A DNA stretch of 64,000 nucleotides, taken from NCBI GenBank assembly GCA_035550595.1, contig DASZOV010000138.1, positions 245-64,244 of the forward strand, given 5' to 3'. Position numbers and translations under genes: made by a program. The stretch is from Vicinamibacterales bacterium. Lineage in GTDB: Bacteria; Acidobacteriota; Vicinamibacteria; Vicinamibacterales; SCN-69-37. The notes under the pieces were generated by a model. That model saw nothing but the letters and a program-made list of their open reading frames with translations, was not told the origin of the DNA and did not search any database. This document shows positions 8,031 through 16,433 of this stretch, one piece after another. Every line of letters starts with the position of its first letter. Positions within the stretch are counted from its first letter, which is position 1.

Positions 8031-8372
8031 ATGCGCACCATCCCGCGGCACGAGTGGACCTCCTATTTCGAACAGCTCTCGGCAACGCTCACCGGTACAC
8101 GCGTCGAGGTGGAAGCGACCTCGCTGGATCTCGGTGACCAGATCGTTGCCGAGTGGCTCCCGTTGCTCGGTATCACCTACGACGCCAAGGACGATCTCCT
8201 CGACGTGGCGCTCGGCGGCGAAGACCATCTCACGCACCTGATTCGCCATCCCGTCCGCATCGACGTGACCGAGGAGGCGCACGAGGTCCGTGGTCTCGCC
8301 GTGTCGACACCGGACGGCGTTCAAGTGCTGCGGTTCAAGGACCCGCTGCGCCTCGCGGCGCCGCAATCGTGA
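8031..8372 (+). CDS. DUF5335-like hypothetical protein
   Basis: MRTIPRHEWTSYFEQLS...VEVEATSLDLGDQIVAEWLPLLGITYDAKDDLLDVAL...HLIRHPVRIDV resembles the DUF5335 pattern as I recall it. Start chosen at the internal ATG. Confidence 0.55.
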   Translation: MRTIPRHEWTSYFEQLSATLTGTRVEVEATSLDLGDQIVAEWLPLLGITYDAKDDLLDVALGGEDHLTHLIRHPVRIDVTEEAHEVRGLAVSTPDGVQVLRFKDPLRLAAPQS

Positions 8373-8440
8373 GCGCGGCATGCGGATTCGCCCCGCACCG
8401 CAAACGCCATCTGCCCACCGGTACCTGGTGAGTCGCCGCC

Positions 8441-11113
8441 GTGTCCCGCTATCCGATCGAGTACGAGTCGGACGTCGTCGTCCGTGACGGGTCGACGCTT
8501 CGGTTGCGGCCGGCTCGTGCCGGGGATGGCCCTGCGCTCCGCGCGTTCTTCGATCGGCTGTCCGACGAGAGCTGGCGTGCGCGATTCTTCCGCGCGCGAG
8601 GCACCGGGCCGGCCGACGCGCCGCAGATCGCCGAGGTCGACTACGACAACGAGTTCACGCTCGTCGCGCAAGCCGGAGGCCGGCTGAGCGGCGTCGCGAG
8701 CTACAGCCGCAATCCACGCGTGCGCGATCGTGCCGAGGTCGCGTTCGCCGTCGCCAATGCGCTCCAGGGACGCGGCGTGGGCACACGGATGCTGGACGTG
8801 CTCGCCGGCATCGCGCGTGATCGCGGCATTCGAACCTTCGACGCCTACGTGCTCCAGGACAACGACCGCATGATGCGGGTGTTCCTCGATTCCGGATTCG
8901 AGTTCGACCAGCGCCTCGACGGCGGCGTCGTCTCCGTCACGCTTTCACTCCGGCTGACGCCACAGTACGAATCGCTGGCCGCGGAGCGATCACAGGCGGC
9001 GGCCACGGCATCGATGAAGGCGTTCTTCGAGCCGCGCACCGTGGCGGTCGTCGGCGCGAATCGCGATCGTGGAAAGATCGGATCGGAGATCCTGCACAAC
9101 CTGTCGGCTACGGGTTTCACTGGACGTCTGGTCGCCGTGCATCCCACGGCCGCGTCGATCGACGACGTCACCGCGTATCCTCGCGTGACCGACGTGCCGG
9201 GTGACGTCGACCTCGCCGTGATCTCGGTGCCCTGTGCCGCGGTGAGCGCCGTCGTCGACGACTGCATCGTCAAGCGCGTCAGGGCGATCGTCATCATCAG
9301 CGCGGGGTTCGGAGAAACGGGTGCGGCCGGCCGCGCGCTCGAGCAGGCGCTCGTCGAGCAGGCGCGCACGGCGGGGATTCGGTTGATCGGCCCGAACTGC
9401 ATGGGCCTCATCAACACGGATCCAGCGATTCGACTGAACGCGACGTTCTCACCGGTCGTTCCCATCGAAGGACGCGTGGCGTTCTCCACGCAGAGCGGCG
9501 CGCTGGGGCTCGCGATTCTCGAGTATCTCCAGCAGCTCCATCTCGGGCTCTCGTCGTTCGTGTCGGTGGGGAACAAGGCCGACGTGTCGGGTAACGATCT
9601 GATTCAGTACTGGGCCGACGACCCGCGCACGGACGTCATCCTGCTGTACCTCGAGAGCTTCGGCAATCCGCGCCGTTTCAGCCAGATTGCGCGGCGCGTG
9701 GCGCGGAACAAGCCGATCGTCGCCGTCAAGTCGGGCCGCTCGGCGGCCGGCGCGCGCGCGGCGTCCTCGCATACCGGCGCGCTGGCGGCGAGCGACGCCG
9801 TGGTCGACGCGCTCTTCAAACAGGCGGGCATCATCCGCACGACGACGATCGAGGAGCTGTTCGACGTGGCAACGCTCGTCGCGCATCAGCCGCTGCCGGC
9901 CGGGCGTCGTGTGGCGATCCTGTCGAACGCGGGCGGTCCGGCCATCATGGCCGCCGACGCGTGCGAGACGCAGGGCCTGCAACTGGCGACGTTGACGGAC
10001 GAGACCGTCCGCGCGCTCCGCGCGTTCCTGCCCGCCGCCGCGAGCGTGGGGAATCCGGTCGACATGCTGGCGTCCGCGCCGCCGGACCATTACCGGCGCG
10101 CGACTCGTGTCCTCTTGTCCGACGAGGCCGTCGACAGCCTGCTCGTCATCTTCATCCCGCCGCTCGTGACGCGAGCCGACGAGGTCGCCGGCGCGATCGT
10201 CGCCGGCGCACACGGCGCGACGAAGCCAGTCGTGGCGAACTTCCTGAGCACCCGAGGCGCGCCGCCGGAGCTCGCGCCGATCCCGTCATACATGTTTCCG
10301 GAGGCCGCCATCGTCGCACTTGCGCACGCCACGACGTACGGCGCGTGGCGCCGCCGGCCGACGGGTGTGATTCCCACGTTCGCAGATGTTCGCCCCGAGG
10401 CCATCCGCGCGATTGTCGACGCGGCGCTGGCGCGCGGGGACGGCTGGCTCACGCCCGATGAAGCGCAGCGCCTCGTCGAGGCCGCGGGCATTGCCACGGC
10501 GTCCGTGCGACTCGCGGCGAGCGAGGACGAAGCCGTCGCGGCGGCCGCGGCCATCGGCTATCCCGTGGCCTTGAAAGCCGCTGGACCGGAGATCCTGCAC
10601 AAGACCGACGTCGGCGGCGTGAGGCTGGACGTCGCCGACGCGGATGCCGTGCGCGCCGCGTTCCAGTCGCTTCGATCGCGGGTCGGCGAGGCGATGACCG
10701 GCGCGATCGTGCAGCAGATGATCTCGGGCGGCGTCGAGATGCTCGTCGGCGCGGTCACCGATCCCGTTTTCGGGCCAATCGTGGCGTGCGGCAGCGGCGG
10801 CGTGCTGGTGAATTTGCTGCAGGACACGGCGTTCCGCCTCCATCCGCTCACCGATCTCGATGCGACCGACATGGTCAACGGGCTCAGAATCGCCGCGCTC
10901 ATTCGCGGCTATCGCGGTCACGCGCCGGCCGATGAGCGCGCGCTCGTCGACGTGTTGCTTCGCGTCTCGGCGCTGCTCGAGATCGGTCCTGAGATCCAGG
11001 AACTGGACATCAATCCGCTGAAGGTGCTCGCGCACGGTGCATGCGCGGTCGACGTCCGTGTGCGACTCGGTCGCCGCGCTGCGACGGCGCCGACCCGGCG
11101 CATCGCGTACTGA
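8441..11113 (+). CDS. GNAT acetyltransferase fused to an NDP-forming acyl-CoA synthetase (CoA-binding + ligase-CoA + ATP-grasp); Pat-like with an N-terminal GNAT
   Basis: GNAT motif A (VANALQGRGVGTRML), CoA-binding region (VAVVGANRDRGKIGSEIL), RLIGPNCMG, SQSGALG, and an ATP-grasp C-terminus (GYPVALKAAGPEILHKTDVGGVRL). Confidence 0.85.
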   Translation: MSRYPIEYESDVVVRDGSTLRLRPARAGDGPALRAFFDRLSDESWRARFFRARGTGPADAPQIAEVDYDNEFTLVAQAGGRLSGVASYSRNPRVRDRAEVAFAVANALQGRGVGTRMLDVLAGIARDRGIRTFDAYVLQDNDRMMRVFLDSGFEFDQRLDGGVVSVTLSLRLTPQYESLAAERSQAAATASMKAFFEPRTVAVVGANRDRGKIGSEILHNLSATGFTGRLVAVHPTAASIDDVTAYPRVTDVPGDVDLAVISVPCAAVSAVVDDCIVKRVRAIVIISAGFGETGAAGRALEQALVEQARTAGIRLIGPNCMGLINTDPAIRLNATFSPVVPIEGRVAFSTQSGALGLAILEYLQQLHLGLSSFVSVGNKADVSGNDLIQYWADDPRTDVILLYLESFGNPRRFSQIARRVARNKPIVAVKSGRSAAGARAASSHTGALAASDAVVDALFKQAGIIRTTTIEELFDVATLVAHQPLPAGRRVAILSNAGGPAIMAADACETQGLQLATLTDETVRALRAFLPAAASVGNPVDMLASAPPDHYRRATRVLLSDEAVDSLLVIFIPPLVTRADEVAGAIVAGAHGATKPVVANFLSTRGAPPELAPIPSYMFPEAAIVALAHATTYGAWRRRPTGVIPTFADVRPEAIRAIVDAALARGDGWLTPDEAQRLVEAAGIATASVRLAASEDEAVAAAAAIGYPVALKAAGPEILHKTDVGGVRLDVADADAVRAAFQSLRSRVGEAMTGAIVQQMISGGVEMLVGAVTDPVFGPIVACGSGGVLVNLLQDTAFRLHPLTDLDATDMVNGLRIAALIRGYRGHAPADERALVDVLLRVSALLEIGPEIQELDINPLKVLAHGACAVDVRVRLGRRAATAPTRRIAY

Positions 11114-11181
11114 GAGCCTGGCGTGGACGGGCCGCGGCTCTCGTCGGGATCTCACGGCGTCCGCCGCGGGAAGGAGAGCGT

Positions 11182-11925
11182 ATGAAGGCCGCACGTTTGC
11201 ACGCGTACGGACAGCCGCTGCAGATCGACGAGATTCCGACGCCAACGCCTGGTCCCGGCCACGTGCTCGTCGCGGTTCACGGCGCGGGGTTCTGTCACAG
11301 CGATATCCACGTCATCGACGGCGACCTTCCGATCCTGCCGCGGATGCCGCTCGTGCTCGGCCACGAAAACGCCGGCGTCGTGGCGGCGATCGGCGCGGGC
11401 GTCGACGCGGTCCGCGAAGGTGACGCCGTGGCCGTCTTCGGTGGATGGGGCTGTGGACGATGCCGGCTGTGCGTGACGGGGCACGAGCAGCTCTGCGAGA
11501 CGCCGGCCTGGGCGGGCCTCTCGACGAACGACGGCGGCTATGCCGAGTACCTCGTCGTGCCGCACGAGCGATACCTGGTGCCGCTCTCGTCGAGTGGCCA
11601 CGGTGTCTGCGCCGCATTCGATTTCGTCGGCACGGACGCGACGCTCGATCTCGCGATCCGCAGCACGCGCACGCTCGGCAAGGTCAGTCAGGTCGGCCTC
11701 GCCGGCGGCACCGCGCGCCTCAAGGTGCTCGACACCAGCCGGTTCGAAGTGTTGTTCGAAGCGACGCTGTGGGGTTCGATCAAGGAACTGCAGGAAGTCA
11801 TCGCGCTCGCCGAGAGCGGGCGGCTGGCGACCATTCCCATCGAGACCGCGCCGCTCGACGCGATCAACGACGTCTATCGCCGCCTGAAAGCCGGCGAGAT
11901 CGCCGTCATCACGCCTGCCGGCTGA
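11182..11925 (+). CDS. Zn-dependent alcohol dehydrogenase (MDR) homolog that appears to lack the first half of the Rossmann domain (247 aa)
   Basis: AAGGAGAG SD. Catalytic Zn ligands (GFCHSD, GHENAG) and structural Zn cluster (GCGRCRLCVTGHEQLC) are present. After YAEYLVVPHERYLVPL the sequence jumps to ...FDFVGTDATLDLAI...VGLAGG with no GxGxxG segment. Confidence 0.7.
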   Translation: MKAARLHAYGQPLQIDEIPTPTPGPGHVLVAVHGAGFCHSDIHVIDGDLPILPRMPLVLGHENAGVVAAIGAGVDAVREGDAVAVFGGWGCGRCRLCVTGHEQLCETPAWAGLSTNDGGYAEYLVVPHERYLVPLSSSGHGVCAAFDFVGTDATLDLAIRSTRTLGKVSQVGLAGGTARLKVLDTSRFEVLFEATLWGSIKELQEVIALAESGRLATIPIETAPLDAINDVYRRLKAGEIAVITPAG

Positions 11926-11940
11926 TGACGTAGCCGTGTC

Positions 11941-12110
11941 GACCTTCCGTTGCCCTTCCCGCCTTCGCGCTCTGCGCTACGGCAGGCAAGCTGCTGTCTT
12001 CTCGCCCTTCGCGCCTTCGCGTGAGACCACGTCCGTCCCTTCGCGTTCTTCGCGCCTTCGCGCGAGGCCTTCCGTTGCCTTCGCGTGAGTGTCTTCGCGC
12101 GAGGCCATAG
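11941..12110. repeat. CTTCGCG-family intergenic repeat, about three units
   Basis: ...CCCTTCGCGCCTTCGCGTGAGACC / ACGTCCGTCCCTTCGCGTTCTTCGCGCCTTCGCGCGAGGCC / TTCCGTTGCCTTCGCGTGAGTGTCTTCGCGCGAGGCC. Confidence 0.6.
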
Positions 12111-12168
12111 GGCGCCGGCGTAGCGACGTCGGGGCCGCGTGTCGCATCGTGATGTGGTCGTCATGGTG

Positions 12169-12201
12169 TTGACAGACGACAGCATGCGAGATATTGTCGT
12201 C
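12169..12201 (+). promoter_or_regulatory. candidate PadR promoter TTGACA-N17-TATTGT with embedded inverted repeat GACGACA-N13-TGTCGTC
   Basis: -35 at 12169-12174, -10 at 12192-12197. IR arms at 12175-12181 and 12195-12201. GTCGTCAT also recurs at 12157 and 12198. Confidence 0.35.
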
Positions 12202-12211
12202 ATCCGACATC

Positions 12212-12547
12212 ATGACAACGTCGAACGCTCCCGATCTCCTCCCAGGCACGTTGGATCTGCTCATTCTCCGCACGCTGCAGAGCGACGCGATGCACGGATG
12301 GTCGATCGCCGAGCGCATCCAGCAGGTGTCCCAGAACGTGCTGCAGGTCAACCAGGGCTCGCTCTATCCGGCGCTGCATCGCCTCGAGCACCAGGGATGG
12401 GTCGACGCGGAATGGCACACGTCGGAGCTCGGCCGGCGAGCGAAGTACTACCGGCTGACGCCGTCGGGCCGGCGCCGGTTGGCCGTCGCCGCAGGGGAGT
12501 GGGACCGCATGGCCGCCGCCATCGGGCGCGTGATGAAGCTGGCGTAG
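12212..12547 (+). CDS. PadR-family transcriptional regulator (acidobacterial type, paired with an ADOP permease)
   Basis: LDLLILRTLQSDAMHGWSIAERIQQVSQNVLQVNQGSLYPALHRLEHQGWVDAEW...RRAKYYRLT. ATG 12212 is preferred over TTG 12194. Confidence 0.8.
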   Translation: MTTSNAPDLLPGTLDLLILRTLQSDAMHGWSIAERIQQVSQNVLQVNQGSLYPALHRLEHQGWVDAEWHTSELGRRAKYYRLTPSGRRRLAVAAGEWDRMAAAIGRVMKLA

Positions 12548-12550
12548 CCG

Positions 12551-15301
12551 ATGACTTTCCGCGACCTGCGCCTCCGGGTCCGCGCATTGATTGCTCCACG
12601 ACGCGTCGAGCGCGAGCTCGACGAGGAGCTGGCCTTCCACCTCGAGCGCGAGGCCCACGAGCAGCAGCGCGCGGGTCTCACGCCGTCGGCGGCCGCTGCG
12701 CGCGCGCGAGCGCGCTTCGGTTCGATCGCTCTCGCCGCTGACGCATGCCGCGACGCCCGTGGCACGGTCTTCGTGGACGCGCTCGTCCGCGATGTTCGCG
12801 ACGCCCTTCGGTCGTTCCGCCGGGCGCCATGGGTGACGCTCACGATCGTCGCGACAATCGCACTGGGCCTAGCGCTCGTCACCGTCGCCTTCACGGTCTA
12901 CAACGCCTTGTTCCTGCGCGCGGACGCCGTGCAGCATCCCGAGCAGCTCTTCACGGTGGAGCGGCTGGTCCGTCCTGATCTCCCGCATCCCCCTGGTGGC
13001 GACCGCGCGTGGATGCCGTTCAGCCGTCGCGAATACGAACTTCTGCGTCATGGCTCGGACGTGTTGACCGACGCCCTGGGCATGGTGTCCGACGTCGTCG
13101 CGCGCATTGATGGCCGCGTGACGAACACGACCCTGGTCAGCGGCAACTTCTTCCAGGTGCTCGATGCCCGCGCGGAACTCGGCCGTCCGCTGATCCCCGC
13201 CGATGACGAGCCGGCAACCAGTCAGCAGGTCGTAGTCCTGAGCCACAGGGGATGGCGCAAATTCTTCAATGGGGCCCCGACGGTCGTCGGCCGCAGCGTA
13301 CGCCTGAATGGTCTCCCCTTCGAGGTGGTGGGCGTCATGCCCGAGACGTTCCGGGGACTGAGCGTCGTCCCGCCGGATCTCTGGGTGCCCCTTCTGTCTG
13401 TCAGACGGTTCCATCTGCCCACGTACCTTGACGAGTATGAAGGGAAGCCGCTCGATGACTCGGTGGTAGAAGTGGTCGTCGGCCGTCTGAAGCCGGGGAT
13501 GTCGCCCGAGAAGGCTGAGGCGGCATTGACCGCATGGGCCTCTGGCCGCTCCGACATCAAGCGAAACCGTCCAGGCCACCCCAACCAACTCACGCTGACG
13601 CCGAACCGCGGCACGCTCTGGCCGTTGAGCTTCCACGGCGTGATCGCGCCGGCGTTCTTCGCGTTCGGCCTCGTCCTGATGACGGGCTGCGCGAACGTGG
13701 CGAACCTTCTGCTCGCGCGCGGACTATCGCACCGCGCGGAGATCGGAATCCGCCTGTCGCTCGGCGCATCGCGTTGGCGCGTCATTCGACAGTTGTTGGT
13801 GGGGCATCTCGTGCTGGCGCTTGCGGCGGCCATATGCGGTGTGGTCCTCTCGCGCGGGCTCCTGGCGGGTGCGATCCGCGTGGCCAGCACCGTGATGTCG
13901 CCGGAGTCGGCCGAATTGATGCGCATCGCGCCCCTTCCCGTCGATTGGCGCGTCCTGCTGTTCGTCGCGGCGATCGCGATGGTCTCCACCGTGCTCTTCG
14001 GCCTGGCGCCGGCCCTGCAGACCACCCAGGTCGATCCGGCGCGCGCGATGCGGGGCGACGCCATGCAAGGAGCCCGATCGGGCCGCGCGTCACAGATACT
14101 CATCGCCCTCCAGGTGGGGGCCGCGGGCCTTCTCCTCATCACCTCAGGCGCCTTCCTGCGAAGCGCGTTCGCCGCAGCGAACGCTCCGGCCGGTGTTCGG
14201 ACGAGCGACACGCTCGTCGTGCCGGTGACACACGAGCCGTTCCGGCCGGCCATACTCGGAGCACTGACGACCGATCCGCTCGTCGAGGCCGTCTCGGCGT
14301 CGTGGTCCAGCGGAGTGACCGGGTTCCCCGCGTATGGCGGGCAGGCCGTGATCACCCGGCCTGCGTCATCCGCAACGCAGGACAGGTCGGCGCGCGACCA
14401 GACCACGGACAAGGTCAGCTATGCCTTCGTCTCGCCCGGCTACTTCAACGTGCTTGGCATCGACATCGTGAGCGGTCGTGGATTTGCGCCCGACGAACGC
14501 ACGATGGACGCCGGGGTCGCGGTCGTGTCCGAGGCTGCGGTCCGCCGACTGTGGCCAACTGGCAAGGCCGTGGGGTCGGTCGTCCAGTTCGAGGCCCAGC
14601 CGCCACCTGACACGCAACAGGCGGCGTCACCTCGCGCTCCGTCGCGGCCGTACGTCGTCATTGGCGTCGCGCGCGATATCGAGTCCACGCTGGCCGACGC
14701 ACTCAGGCAATTCGCCGATCCGAACGTGTATCTGCCGATCGGCCTTCAGAATCCCGGGACGTCGCTCGTGCTCCGCGTGCGCAGCGATCCTGATGAGGCA
14801 CGCCGTGCGTTGCTCGATCGGCTCGTGGCCATTGATCCGGCCTTCGGCGACATCACCACGGTGCGCGCCATGGTCAACGGTCGCGCGGTCGGTCTCTGGA
14901 TGGTCTTTGGCGTGACGGTCGTTCTCGCCGGACTGGCGCTCCTGCTCGCCGCGTCGGGACTGTTCAGTGTCTTGTCGTACGCGATTGAACAGCGGAAGCG
15001 GGAGATCGGGATCCGCATGGCGCTCGGCGCGACGACGCGGGACATCGCGGGCTGGGTGATGTCGCGCACGTTCATCTCGGTTGCCGTTGGCATCGTCGCC
15101 GGTGCCGGCCTGGCCACGGCGTTCGTGAAGGTCCTCGCGAAGTGGGTCCCGTTCTGGCTCGGCAACATCGCCACGATCGTCGAACCGGTCGCCTACGCGG
15201 CCCCCGTGATTCTCATCGTTGTCACGTGCACCGTGGCCGTGTCGCTGCCCGCCTGGCGCGCGACCCGCGTCGATCCCGTCACCACGCTCAGACAGGACTG
15301 A
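12551..15301 (+). CDS. duplicated FtsX/MacB-type ABC permease without a cognate ATPase ('ADOP'-type)
   Basis: N-terminal MTFRDLRLRVRALIAPRRVERELDEELAFHLE... signature and two FtsX 4-TM modules. Starts 3 nt after the PadR stop, with no ATPase gene adjacent. Confidence 0.85.
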   Translation: MTFRDLRLRVRALIAPRRVERELDEELAFHLEREAHEQQRAGLTPSAAAARARARFGSIALAADACRDARGTVFVDALVRDVRDALRSFRRAPWVTLTIVATIALGLALVTVAFTVYNALFLRADAVQHPEQLFTVERLVRPDLPHPPGGDRAWMPFSRREYELLRHGSDVLTDALGMVSDVVARIDGRVTNTTLVSGNFFQVLDARAELGRPLIPADDEPATSQQVVVLSHRGWRKFFNGAPTVVGRSVRLNGLPFEVVGVMPETFRGLSVVPPDLWVPLLSVRRFHLPTYLDEYEGKPLDDSVVEVVVGRLKPGMSPEKAEAALTAWASGRSDIKRNRPGHPNQLTLTPNRGTLWPLSFHGVIAPAFFAFGLVLMTGCANVANLLLARGLSHRAEIGIRLSLGASRWRVIRQLLVGHLVLALAAAICGVVLSRGLLAGAIRVASTVMSPESAELMRIAPLPVDWRVLLFVAAIAMVSTVLFGLAPALQTTQVDPARAMRGDAMQGARSGRASQILIALQVGAAGLLLITSGAFLRSAFAAANAPAGVRTSDTLVVPVTHEPFRPAILGALTTDPLVEAVSASWSSGVTGFPAYGGQAVITRPASSATQDRSARDQTTDKVSYAFVSPGYFNVLGIDIVSGRGFAPDERTMDAGVAVVSEAAVRRLWPTGKAVGSVVQFEAQPPPDTQQAASPRAPSRPYVVIGVARDIESTLADALRQFADPNVYLPIGLQNPGTSLVLRVRSDPDEARRALLDRLVAIDPAFGDITTVRAMVNGRAVGLWMVFGVTVVLAGLALLLAASGLFSVLSYAIEQRKREIGIRMALGATTRDIAGWVMSRTFISVAVGIVAGAGLATAFVKVLAKWVPFWLGNIATIVEPVAYAAPVILIVVTCTVAVSLPAWRATRVDPVTTLRQD

Positions 15302-15412
15302 TTACGCTTCGCGATCTTCGCGTGAGCTGGCCCGGGCGGGCACGGGGGCCCGCCCTTACATATCGGTTAGTTCCTTCGCGCCCTTCGCGCGAGACCCGTT
15401 CGTCCCTTCGCG
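15302..15412. repeat. CTTCGCG-family repeat units flanking a GC hairpin, between convergent genes
   Basis: ACGCTTCGCGATCTTCGCGTGAGC - hairpin - TTCCTTCGCGCCCTTCGCGCGAGACCCGTTCGTCCCTTCGCGTCTTA. Confidence 0.6.
15334..15355. terminator. hairpin GGGCGGGC-N6-GCCCGCCC, candidate bidirectional terminator
   Basis: Perfect 8-bp GC stem between the ADOP stop (15301) and the YpdA-like stop (15415). Near-identical in form to the hairpin at 28059-28080. Confidence 0.45.
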
Positions 15413-15414
15413 TC

Positions 15415-16419
15415 TTACTCGGCCGTCTTCCACGCCATCGCATCGAACGCGACCGGAGCGACCGCGCCTTTGGCCACGTGCTGCGCGATCTGCTGCGCGT
15501 GGAACCGGCCGTTCTCGATGAACCAGCGGCCCGTTTGATAGCCGCCGCATACGGTGCCGGCCACATAGAGTCCCGGCCTCGCGGTTTCGAACGTGGCCTC
15601 GTCGAAGATCGGCGTCCGATACACGTCGTCAGCAAACGTGAGGCCGAGGCGCTCGAGGAACGTGAAGTCGGGGTGATAGCCCGTCATCGCGAGCACGAAG
15701 TCGCAGCCGATCTCCTGCCGTCCGTCCGGCGTGACGATGACGACCGCATCCGCGCGGATTTCCTCGATCTGGCTGCTGAAGAACGCGTGGATACTGCCTT
15801 CCTTGATGCGATTCTCGAGGTCCGGTTTGATCCAGTACTTCACCTTGTCCGACAGCTCCGGCCCGCGCACGACGAGCGTCACTTTCGCGCCGTGCCGGTA
15901 GCAGTCGAGCGCGGCCTTGGCCGCGGAGTTGCGCGCGCCGATCACGACGACGCGCTGACCGACGTACGCGTACGGCTCGCGATAGTAGTGCGTGACGGTC
16001 GGGAGATCCTCACCCGGCACGTTCAACCTGTTTTCCTGATCGAAAAATCCCGTCGCAACGACGACCGTACGCGCACGATGTTCGCCGCGGCTCGTCACGA
16101 TCGTGAAGTCGTCGCGGCTGCCGCGGACGTCGACGACCGATTCGTACAACCGCACGTCGAGTCCTTCGCGAGCGGCGACGCCGCGGTAGTACTCGATCGC
16201 GTCCTCGCGCGTGGGCTTGTATTCGCGGACGGGGAAGGGATGGCCGCCGATCTCGATGAGGTCCGGCGTGGAAAAGAACTCCATGCGCGCCGGGTAGCCG
16301 ACGATGGAATTGACGAGCGTGCCTTTGTCGACGACGCGCGCGGTGAGGCCCTGTCGCGCAGCTTCAATCGCGCAGGCGAGTCCCACCGGGCCCGCGCCGA
16401 TGACGAGCATGTCGATCAT
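15415..16419 (-). CDS. YpdA-like FAD/NAD(P)-dependent pyridine nucleotide-disulfide oxidoreductase
   Basis: MIDMLVIGAGPVGLACAIEAARQGL (GxGxxG) and a second dinucleotide motif VVVIGARNSAAKAALD. The overall pattern resembles YpdA/thioredoxin-reductase-like proteins. Confidence 0.75.
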   Translation of the reverse strand: MIDMLVIGAGPVGLACAIEAARQGLTARVVDKGTLVNSIVGYPARMEFFSTPDLIEIGGHPFPVREYKPTREDAIEYYRGVAAREGLDVRLYESVVDVRGSRDDFTIVTSRGEHRARTVVVATGFFDQENRLNVPGEDLPTVTHYYREPYAYVGQRVVVIGARNSAAKAALDCYRHGAKVTLVVRGPELSDKVKYWIKPDLENRIKEGSIHAFFSSQIEEIRADAVVIVTPDGRQEIGCDFVLAMTGYHPDFTFLERLGLTFADDVYRTPIFDEATFETARPGLYVAGTVCGGYQTGRWFIENGRFHAQQIAQHVAKGAVAPVAFDAMAWKTAE

Positions 16420-16433
16420 GTCAGTGTCTTGTA

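Noticed and set aside
12194-12211. A TTG start for the first PadR gene.
   Set aside because: It falls inside the predicted -10 and inverted-repeat region. ATG 12212 gives a PadR of normal length. Confidence is low either way.
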